Part shown: in pieces, positions 49,107 to 59,355 of the stretch
How the letters are laid out: every line of letters starts with the position of its first letter
How positions within the stretch are numbered: the stretch's first letter is position 1
NCBI RefSeq assembly: GCF_964355755.1
Contig: NC_092670.1
Coordinates: 3,710,201 to 3,774,200 of the forward strand
From: Antedon mediterranea
Lineage: Eukaryota > Animalia > Echinodermata
Reading direction: 5' to 3'
DNA length: 64,000 bases
Made by a program: the position numbers and the translations under genes
The notes under the pieces: model-generated
Seen by the model: the letters and a program-made list of their open reading frames with translations, nothing else
Told to the model about the DNA's origin: nothing
Database searches by the model: none

Positions 49107-50417
49107 TTACTTGTCGACGGTATCTCCATCTTTGATTTCACAATACAATGCATCAATGTTTGTTTCTAGTTGTTGTCTTTTAGATGTGTTTGCAATGGTT
49201 ATACTGTAGTTTTGTTGTTCCACTTTGGTATCTGCACCATCAGAAGTTTCGTAGACAGTATTTCTTTGATAAAACACTTCTGGATGATGTTTGTTGTCAT
49301 GTTTCCTGTTGTCATGTTTCCTGCTGTCATGTTTTCTTTTTAGTATGTAGAGAAACAAAATGAAGACAATAACCATCAGTGTGATAGTACTTGTTGCTAG
49401 AACCGTTATAATTATTTTATCACTGCTCCTTTTCTGTTTTTTATTGATATCATTCACCTTGTTGTAGTTTTGGGAAGTTGTCACTCTGTCTACTGACATG
49501 TCGACATCTTTAATTGTGAATTCTACCTCATCAGATCTGATCTGAACCTCAGCACTCACCAGACACTTGACAGTGTAATCACCAGCTGGTAAATTGTTAA
49601 AACATCTTTCATCTGTCTCTTGCTGGTAATCATTCTGTGTCATTCCTTCTCCATTCAAACTCCAGTTGTATATTTTCTTGCTACCAGATCCACCTGCTGC
49701 ATAGCACTTGAAGCAATTCTTATTCACAGAGTTTTCAGATGTTGCATATAACTTCTTGACCTCCACCATTAATTGTTGAAGAACTTTTAATATCACAGTT
49801 TTGCACCAAGTTTCCCAACTGTTTGATAATGAAAGACAAATGAAAAATATTGCTTCTCCAGAATAAAAACCATTAATAGTCTGATTATAGGTTATATTAT
49901 ATAAACTATAAGACTGTGTGACATTGTACTTTCCTTGGATCCACCCAATTGTGACATCACATATGCGGTCATTTGGTACTATGATGATCTTACAAACAAT
50001 TTGAACTTGCTTCCATTCTATAATGTTATTCAAACCTTCACAAGATATGTGAATGTTATCCCTTTCATGTATTCTAAAATGCACATCAGATGAAGGAACC
50101 AAATATTGTAACTTATCACCATCCTCACATGTGTATATTCCTTGTACTTGCTGTGCCTCAAAAGATATGAAAAGTGGACATCTAATTGTTAACTTTTTAA
50201 AGTAGTCTTTAAAGATAAGTAGCTTTTTGAAGTTGTCTATTACAGAGTACTTTGGAATAACCGGATATTGTTTATTTGCTGCTGGGAAAACTCTCACTGA
50301 TTGCACAGAGGTGCTTGTGTAATAGTAAACATTATCAAATTCAACTAAACTTGCAGAAACTCCATTGGAAAATGACAAGCACGCCAATACAAAGATCAAA
50401 TACGTTTTAAAATTCAT
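49107..50417 (-). CDS. Ig-like single-pass receptor, copy 3 (ectodomain A + tail 2), ~436 aa
   Basis: Intact ORF from MNFKTY; paralog of copy 2 with scattered substitutions and one extra RKHDN unit. Confidence 0.85.
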   Translation of the reverse strand: MNFKTYLIFVLACLSFSNGVSASLVEFDNVYYYTSTSVQSVRVFPAANKQYPVIPKYSVIDNFKKLLIFKDYFKKLTIRCPLFISFEAQQVQGIYTCEDGDKLQYLVPSSDVHFRIHERDNIHISCEGLNNIIEWKQVQIVCKIIIVPNDRICDVTIGWIQGKYNVTQSYSLYNITYNQTINGFYSGEAIFFICLSLSNSWETWCKTVILKVLQQLMVEVKKLYATSENSVNKNCFKCYAAGGSGSKKIYNWSLNGEGMTQNDYQQETDERCFNNLPAGDYTVKCLVSAEVQIRSDEVEFTIKDVDMSVDRVTTSQNYNKVNDINKKQKRSSDKIIITVLATSTITLMVIVFILFLYILKRKHDSRKHDNRKHDNKHHPEVFYQRNTVYETSDGADTKVEQQNYSITIANTSKRQQLETNIDALYCEIKDGDTVDK

Positions 50418-51009
50418 GCTTCTTAGTGAAAATCTAAAATGGTCAACCAATGATGCAAGTGTTAAAATGTTTGGATGTGTAAAAGTGTTGGTTCATGATC
50501 AAATTTTTCTGAGATTATGCAATGGCTGTGTTGAGGAAGTTGACTGTTATATAGAATCTGAAAACTAAACTAAATTTAAAAATTTAGTTTTGTTTTTAGT
50601 TGGTCTATGTTTTTAATATTAGGTTTCTCACACTTAAATAGTACAATAGTAAATAAATAATAAATGGTTCTATTTTTACTGCCAATTTTTCTGAAAACTC
50701 ATTTCGGAAGATTTACCAGTTATCAACTCAAGTAAATTTAAACAATTAAAAATTTAAAAAAGTATTAAATAAAAAAAATAAAAATTCTTGACAATCATTT
50801 AATCAATCAAAATGTAAAATACATTATGCAATTTTCATAAATAGAGTCATCGATAGGGATCTTAAAGATAAGATTCTTGTTGTGTTAGTTGATTATGATA
50901 TTAAAAAGTACACTACAAAGCCAAAAACATAACAGTCTAACCTCAAGGGCACCAATATAAGATTTTGTTTTGTTTGAATGTTTGCATGGTGCAATAAATA
51001 TGTCCTGAG

Positions 51010-51977
51010 CAGGGGTGGACCCAGGGGGCAACACCCTTAATTTCATACTAAATGTTTTTTTCTGCCACTAAGTTAAAATTTAGATTCCATTTCATCATAT
51101 TATGTATTAACCATTAACGTTATAGAAGAAGTCTAGGGTTGGAAATTATTAAGACTATAGGCTTATGTAAATTGACAGACTGCAGTGTAAAATAACCAGC
51201 CATCAAAGATACAGTGCATAATTATTTACCGGCGGTCAGCGTTTTTGTTGTTTGTTGACTGTTTGGATTGCTTGTGTGCATGAAGGTACGAAAGGCCGCT
51301 ACGTGGTAAACCCCGTCATATGGGTCGTTGATTTCTCCATAATCATTGCATTTTGCCGGGGATTCCCCATAATTTAAATATTTCCGTAGTACCATATTTA
51401 TCTTCATTTCCCTACGTCCGTAATATTTGGGCAAATTTCCGTAATAATTACGGATGTTCCGAACTTTGAAATAACAGCGTTTAATTGATTCTTTCTGCAA
51501 ATTTCGATCATATTTTCTTTTCTGGAGTGTGGTTGTACAGTTTATAGTGGATAAATGAAAATGAATTTGGAAATTGTGGGTTTACTGATTTATTTAGCAT
51601 TTATTTCAAAATAATACAATTTAACGTTTTGCTCAATATTTTTATAGCAGCAGCTTCACATTTTTTTTCTAAATTGTTTTAATTATTAATTGATAATAAA
51701 TAATATATTAATTGATTTTAATTGCTAGAATTTATTACATTACCGGAAGTACCTTCGTCGGGCACCTCCTCTGAAATTCGCATTGAATGCAAAAAATGTT
51801 ATCCTTTGTTTGTCGATTGTGTTTTACCGGCGGAAAAAACAGGAGTGATACGATCTGTTTGCTACTGTAGCCCGATTTTTGTGAATTTTATGTGCGAGAT
51901 TACCATTTCCGGCCATCTAGGCGTGTCATTTAACAAAAATGGGCAAACCCCTTAAAATAGTCCTGCGACCGCCCCTG
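51010..51977. mobile_element. Non-autonomous hAT-like element with 5-bp TSD (CTGAG)
   Basis: Termini CAGGGGTGGACCCAGG / CCTGCGACCGCCCCTG with CTGAG on both sides. The empty site (atatccctaaggttgat) is visible in the paralogous spacers near 45120 and 48050. Confidence 0.85.
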
Positions 51978-52887
51978 CTGAGGTTGATTGAAGCACATTG
52001 ATCAAAACGTCAAAAAACTCAACAGTCCTTTTCAGCACTACATATGTGGTTTTTATAAAACGTTAACAAAGAAAGTGAATTTTTAAGTTTTCCATCAAGA
52101 TCATTACAGAGTTTGGGACCAGATACAGAAATAAAATATTGCGATCTTTTTTAAGTGCAGCAAAAAAAAAAGTACAATTACTCAATACTAGATTAGTATA
52201 CAAGCATTCATTCATGTTCAAAAGTCTTGATATATTAACAATTGATGTTGAAAGACTAGTGTGCTAACTGTAAATTGCCAATTTGCAACAATGACCTTTG
52301 GGTGAGGTTACTAATTGAACAACATGGAGCATTTAAACACAGCAAAGAGAGAAACACTAATTTGCTCAGTAATATTACTGAAAATACTAGATGGAGCAGT
52401 AAATCCAAGAAAATCACATATTCTGATCTTAAATAATGACTATTTACAAATGATATCTTTTTTTAAAAACTTACTTCTCCCATTAGCATTTAGTTATATA
52501 TTTGGGATGCTGAATGTAACAAGGAGAACTTTGTTTAAATGTTGGCGAGGAGCTATGATTTAAACCCAAGAATCAATCTTTAGTTTTGTACATCTTCAGG
52601 TTTTTTTGTGTTAATCTTTCAAAGTTACTTTATATTTACAAATGGTAAAGATTTTCTAGAGAAGGCCTAAAAAATGTATGCAAATGTGGTAATCATGCCT
52701 ACACTACTTTGCATTATCATACATAACCATTTTCTACATGGTAATTTACAAATTAATAAACTCTACAAAATGTTTTACAAATAATGTTTACACTGTTTAA
52801 ACTGTTATAAAAGTACTTTAATTTTTAAAATTGGAGACAATTCGTTCAGTGTTTCTTTATAAATTATATATATTCATGTTTTTATGT

Positions 52888-54298
52888 TTAATTAGTAAAA
52901 ACCTCACAGTTTTCCATTTCTTCTGTGATATTGTTATTCGGTGTAATTTTAAGATATTGTTTAGCTTCTTGTACTGCTTTTACTGATATAAGTTGTGTAC
53001 TTGTTTGTTTACTTGTTGAAGGTTTCTCCTTCTTGTTGATTTCACAATACAATGCATCAATGTTTGTTTCTGGTTGTTGTATTTTAGATGTGTTTGCAAT
53101 TGTTATACTGTAGTTTTGTTGTTCCACTTTGGTTTCTGCAACATCAGAAGTTTCATAGTCAATGTTTCTTTGATAAAGCACTTGTTGATGTTTGTTTTCA
53201 TGTTTCCTGCTTTCATGTTTCCTTTTTAGTATGTAGAGAAACAGAATGAAGACAACAACCATCAGTGTTATAGTACTTGTTGCTAGAACTAATATGAGTA
53301 TTTTATCACTGCTCCTTTTCTGTTTGATGTTGATATCGTTCACCTTGTTGTAGTTCTGGGAAGTTGTCACTCTGTCTACTGACATGCCAACATCTTTAAT
53401 TGTGAATTCTACCTCATCAGATCCTTTCTGAACCTCTGCAGTCACCAGACATTTGACAGTGTAATCACCAGCTGGTAAATTGTTAAAACATCTTCCATCT
53501 GTCTCTTGCTGGTCATCATTCTCTGTCATTCCTACTTCATTCAAACTCCAGTTGTAGATTTTCTTGTGACTAGATCCACCTGCTGCATAGCACTTAAAGT
53601 AATTCAGATTCACTGCCGAGACTTCAGACGTTACATATAACCTCTTGACCTCCACCATTGATTGTGGGTGAACCTTCAATATCAATGTGTAACACCAAGT
53701 TTTAAAATTGTTGTTTTTTGATAATCTTGAAATACAGCAGAAAAATATACCTTCTCCAGAATAAAAACCATAAATCTTATAGTTTATACTGCCATTGTTC
53801 GTATTTAAAATATAATTATAAGATTGTGTACTTTTGTAAGTTCCTTGTATCCAACCAATTGTGACTTCATTTTTAAAATCATTGCTGATATTACACTTAA
53901 TTTGTACTTCCTCTCCTTCAACAATGTCTTTCAAACCTTCACATGAAACCTGTTTAAAGTTATTTGTCCGTGCAACACCAGATGAAGCAACCAAATACTG
54001 TAGCTTGTCACTATCCTCACAGGTGTATATTCCTTGTACTTCCTGTGCAGCAAAAGATATGAAAAGTGGACATCTAATTGTAATTGACTTCTCTATCAAA
54101 TAGTGTTTAAAGATATACTGAGTATCATTGTTTAGGACAGTAAAATCTTCTCCCGTGGTATTCTTTATTTGCAGGTACAATTGTCACAGATTGTTTAAAG
54201 TTTGATGAGTAATAATAATACATATTATGCTCAAGCAAACTTTCTGAAGCTCCTAAGTTGATCAATACAAAGATGATGTTACAGTAAATTATATTCAT
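52888..54298 (-). pseudogene. Ig-like receptor copy 4 (ectodomain B + long tail 2), frameshifted
   Basis: ATG at 54298 gives MNIIYCNIIFVLINLGASESLLEHNMYYYYSSNFKQ. An 11-nt deletion near 54157 relative to copy 6 (AGTTGTTTCTA missing) shifts the frame to an early TGA. The downstream ~420 codons are still open. Confidence 0.8.
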
Positions 54299-55404
54299 CT
54301 TTAAAATGTACTTTGCTTCAACAGTTTGTGAAATTCTAATGCACTCATTGACTATTGTTTGTACTTATGTTTGATTAATAGAAACTTAATTGATAGATTT
54401 AACATGATTCTTTATTTCTGTGACTATATTTAGAAAACAAACAAACCTTGTATTTGCAAAGATGCTTTGATTAAGTTGTACAAAGTTTATATAGTTTTGG
54501 TTTTCATATGCGATATTGAAATCTAGATTTAGCATGAGTCAGCGTTCAACACACTTTCTGTCAATAGCAACTGTTTTTTATTTTATTCAGGTATAAAAAT
54601 ATACAAAAAATAGCCAAGGCTAAAAGTAATGCATCTACAAAGGTTTAAAACAAAATTAGGACTATGAAAATATAAACTTTAAAGAGTATTTACAATGATT
54701 TGAAATTGAAAACATAAAAAACTAAAAATAGTGCCTATTGTGTGTCATATAGAATATATATATACAGTATACTATAGCATAGGTGAATTCACGGGACCCA
54801 CATTTTTTGGTATGATGACATTATTAAAATCAAACTTGAAGATAACAATTTCGAAAGATAATGATTTGAGCAAAAAGATATAAGATTTGGAAGAAAATTG
54901 GACATGTAGAAGTGTGGTACACATTCTTTTAAATTTGTATAACTTTGACAAAAGAGATGAAAAAAACTACTTTTTAAATTCAACTGGCCATATGATAATG
55001 TTACAACATCCGATATGCTTAATTTGTATATGGATTCATATCTATATTTCAGCAGCTTTTATAGTGAGTTATAAACATCTAGTTCACCTTTAATTCTGAA
55101 GAGCAGTAAGATATTCAAATATATGGTGTAGGTGAAATTATCCGACATCAATTTGTTCAAATTTTTAGCTGTGATTACATCGTCAAAATGAAAACAACTA
55201 ATGAGAAAGATAATTGATTGAGCTAGCACATATTAGAATTTGAGGGAAAATCGGGCACAAATAAGTTTTAAGCTAATGTTAATGAATGAGAAATGTTGAT
55301 AATAAAAGAGCTGCAACTCCGAGGCCAGTAAACACATAGAAGGAAAACATTATTTATGCCTTAGGTGAAAAAAATACTGTAATTACCAGAAACGTATGAT
55401 TCAA

Positions 55405-56805
55405 TTACTGGGAATCCAGAACAAAATAATGTGGAATTTCGTCATTATCAATGTTATCATCTCTTCTGTTCATAACTTCATTTGTGCACCTCATTTTCTC
55501 AACCACTGTGCCAGACATAACATAGTCATTTTCAGCCTGTTGTTCTGCTGGTGTGTCATCAATTGTATAGTAAACATCTTCCTCTTCAATGGTTCCTGGA
55601 ATGTCAGAAGTCTCTTGGACCCTTGTGCCATTGTTCCTTTGATAACACATGACATGTTGTGGTGTGTTGCAGCGTTTCCTCTTGAGTTGATAAAGTAACA
55701 GAAGTACAGCAATAATCAGTATAACAGTAATTGTTGCCCGTGCCATTGTGGTTGTTTTACTGTTGTTATCACTAGCTGGATTGCAATTTTTTGGTGTTGT
55801 CTGAAACACTTTGTTAGTTGGTGTGATATTTGGGTCTTGGTTGTTTTTCACATCTGCTGTTGCTATACACTCAGCAGTGGTACAGATATGTTTACCTTTG
55901 ATTGTGAATTCAATCTCATCAGATCTACTCTGAACCTCTGTACTCACCAGACACTTGACAGTGTAATCACCAGCCGGTAAATTGTTAAAACATCTTTCAT
56001 GTGTCTCTTGCTGGTAATCATTCTGTGTCATTCCTTCTTCATTCAAACTCCAGTTGTAGATTGTCTTGCTCCCAGATCCACCTGCTGCATAGCACTTGAA
56101 GCAATTCTGATTCACAGACATTTCAGACGTTTCATATAACCTCTTGACCTTCACCATTAATTGTGGGAGAACTTTTAATATCACAGTTTTGCACCTAGTT
56201 TCCCAACTGTTTGAATATGAAAGACAAATGAAAAATATTGCTTCTCCGGAATAGAAACCCTTAATAGTCTGATTATAGGTTATATTATATGAACTATAAG
56301 ACTGTGTGACATTGTACTTTCCTTGGATCCACCCAATTGTGACATCACATATGCGGTTATTTGGTACTATGATGATCTTACAAACAATTTGAACTTGCTT
56401 CCATTCTATAATGTTATTCAAACCTTCACAAGAAATGTGAATGTTATCCCCATCAGGTATTCTAAAATGGACATCATATGTGGGAACCAAATATTGTAAC
56501 TTATCATCATCCTCACATGTGTATATTCCTTGTACTTGCTGTGCATCAAAAGATATGAAAATTGGACATCTAATTGTTAACTTTTTAAAGTAGTCTTTAA
56601 AGATAAGTAACTTTTTGGAGTTGTCTTTTACAGAGTACTTAGGAATAACCTGATATTGTTTATTTGCTGCTGGTAAAACTCTCACTGATGGCACAGAGGT
56701 GCTTGTGTAATAGTAAACATTATCAAATTCAACTAAACTTGCAGAAACTCCATTGGAAAATGACAAGCACGCCAATACAAAGATCAAATACGTTTTAAAA
56801 TTCAT
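55405..56805 (-). CDS. Ig-like single-pass receptor, copy 5 (ectodomain A + tail 1), ~466 aa
   Basis: Intact ORF with the same signal peptide. Tail nearly identical to copy 1 (..DVYYTIDD..NDYVMS..IPHYFVLDSQ); stalk and TM diverged. An extra in-frame ATG lies at 56892. Confidence 0.85.
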   Translation of the reverse strand: MNFKTYLIFVLACLSFSNGVSASLVEFDNVYYYTSTSVPSVRVLPAANKQYQVIPKYSVKDNSKKLLIFKDYFKKLTIRCPIFISFDAQQVQGIYTCEDDDKLQYLVPTYDVHFRIPDGDNIHISCEGLNNIIEWKQVQIVCKIIIVPNNRICDVTIGWIQGKYNVTQSYSSYNITYNQTIKGFYSGEAIFFICLSYSNSWETRCKTVILKVLPQLMVKVKRLYETSEMSVNQNCFKCYAAGGSGSKTIYNWSLNEEGMTQNDYQQETHERCFNNLPAGDYTVKCLVSTEVQSRSDEIEFTIKGKHICTTAECIATADVKNNQDPNITPTNKVFQTTPKNCNPASDNNSKTTTMARATITVILIIAVLLLLYQLKRKRCNTPQHVMCYQRNNGTRVQETSDIPGTIEEEDVYYTIDDTPAEQQAENDYVMSGTVVEKMRCTNEVMNRRDDNIDNDEIPHYFVLDSQ

Positions 56806-57392
56806 GCTTCTTAGTGAAAATCTAAAATGGTCAACCAATGATTCAAGTGTTAAAACGTTTGGATGTGTAAAAGTGTTGGTTGATGATAACATTTTTCTGA
56901 GATTATGCAATGGCTGTGTTGAGGAAGTTAACTGTTATATAGAATCTGAAAACTAAACTAAAATTAAAAATTGAGTTTCGTTTTTAGTTGGTCTATGTTT
57001 TTAATAGGTTCTCACACTTAAATAGTACAATAATAAATAAATAATAAATGGTTCTATTTTTACTGTCAATTTTTCTGAAAACTCATTTCGGAAGATTTAC
57101 CAGTTATCAACTCAAGTAATTTAAACAATTAAAAATTAAAAAAAGTATTAAATAAAAAAATAAAAAATTCTTGACAATCATTTAATCAATCAAAATGTAA
57201 AATACATTATGCAATTTTCATAAATAGAGTCATCGATAGGGATCTTAAAGATAAGAATCTTGTTGTGTTAGTTGATTATGATATTAAAAAGTACACTACA
57301 AAGCCAAAAACATAACAGTCTAACCTCAAGGGCACCAATATAAGATTTTGTTTCGTTTAAATGTTTGCATGGTGCAATAAATATGTCCTGAG

Positions 57393-58413
57393 CAGGGGTG
57401 GACCCAGGGGGCAACACCCTTAATTTCATACTAAATGTTTTTTTCTGCCACTAAGTTAAAATTTAGATTCCATTTCATCATATTATGTATTAACCATTAA
57501 CGTTATAGAAGTCTAGGGTTGGAAATTATTAAGACTATAGGCTTATGTAAATTGACAGACTGCAGTGTAAAATAACCAGCCATCAAAGATACAGTGCATA
57601 ATTACTGTATTTACCGGCGGTCAGCGTTTTTGTTGTTTGTTGACTGTTTGGATTGCTTGTGTGCATGAAGGTACGAAAGGCCACTACGTGGTAAACCCCG
57701 TCATATGGGTCGTTGATTTCTCCATAATCATTGCATTTTGCCGGGGATTCCCCATAATTTAAATATTTCCCTAGTACCATATTTATCTTCATTTCCCTAC
57801 GTCCGTAATATTTGGGCAAATTTCCGTAATAATTACGGACGTTCCGAACTTTGAAATAACAGCGTTTAATTGCTTCTTTCTGCAAATTTCGATCATATTT
57901 TCTTTTCTGGAGTGTGGTTGTACAGTTTATAGTGGATAAATGAAAATGAATTTTGGAAATTGTGGGTTTACTGATTTATTTAGAATTTATTTCAAAATAA
58001 TACAATTTAACATTTTGATCAATATCTTTATAGCAGCAGCTTCACATTTTTTTCTAAATTGTTTTTTTTTAAAAATTAATTGATAATAAATAATATTATT
58101 AATTGATTTTAATTGCTAGAATTTATTACATTACCGGAAGTACCTTCGTCGGACACCTCCTCTGACATTCGCATTGAACGCAAAAAATGTTATCCTTTGT
58201 TTGTCGATTGTGTTTTACCGGCGGAAAAAACAGCCGTGATACGATCTGTTTGCTACTGTAGCCCAATTTATTGTGAATTTTATGTGCGAGATTACCATTT
58301 CGGCCATCTAGGCGTGTCATTTAACAAAAATGCCCTCGCCACAGGCCCCAGTATCTACAACCCTGTGAGGACTCTTGGGCAACCCCCTTAAAATAGTCCT
58401 GCGACCGCCCCTG
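57393..58413. mobile_element. Second copy of the hAT-like element at the paralogous site
   Basis: Same termini, same CTGAG TSD and same flanks as 51010-51977, so it was duplicated along with its host segment. Confidence 0.85.
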
Positions 58414-59355
58414 CTGAGGTTGATTGAAGCACATTGATCAAAACGTCAAAAAACTCAACAGTCCTTTTCAGCACTACATATGTGGTGTACCCCAAACTTT
58501 ATATTAATATAAGGTTTGTTTTTATAAAAAGTTAACAAAGAAAGTGAATTTTTAAGTTTTCCATCAAGATCATTACAAAGTTTGGGACCAGATACAGAAA
58601 TAAAATATTGCGATCATTTTTAAGTGCAGCAAAAAAAAATACAATTACTCAATACTAGATTAGTATACAAGCATTTATTCATGTTCAAAAGTCTTGATAT
58701 ATTAACAATTGATGTTGAAAGACTAGTGTGCTAACTGTAAATTGCGAATTTGCAACAATGACCTTTGGGTGAGGTTACTAATTGAACAACATGGAGCATT
58801 TAAACACAGCAAAGAGAGAAACACTAATTTGCTCAGTAATATTACTGAAAATACTAGATGGAGCAGTAAATCCAAGAAAATCACATATTCTGATCTTAAA
58901 TAATGACTATTTACAAATGATATCTTTTTTAAAAAACTTACTTCTCCCATTAGCATTTAGTTATATATTTTGGATGCTGAATGTAACAAGGAGAACTTTG
59001 TTTAAATTTTGGCGAGGAGCTATGATTTAAACCCAAGAATCAATCTTTAGTTTTGTACATCTTCAGGTTTTTTTGTGTTAATCTTTCAAAGTTACTTTAT
59101 ATTTACAAATGGTAAAGATTTTCTAGAGAAGGCCTAAAAAATGTATGCAAATGTGGTAATCATGCCTACACTACTTTGCATTATCATACATAACCATTTT
59201 CTACATGGTAATTTACAAATTAATAAACTCTACAAAATGTTTTAAAAATAATGTTTACACTGTTTAAACTGTTATAAAAGTACTTTAATTTTTAAAATTA
59301 GAGACAATTCGTTCAGTGTTTCTTTATAAATTATATATATTCATGTTTTTATGTT

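Noticed and set aside
51222-58391. Repeated short ORFs (MQKE.., MLEFITLPEV..) as genes
   Set aside because: They lie inside the duplicated non-autonomous element, start at non-ATG codons, differ by frameshifts between copies and show no transposase motif.
45092-59030. Repeated small spacer ORFs (MECLHGAINI.., MKKISIVNRH.., MNNMEHLNT..)
   Set aside because: Their recurrence is explained by recent DNA duplication; non-ATG starts and no protein features.
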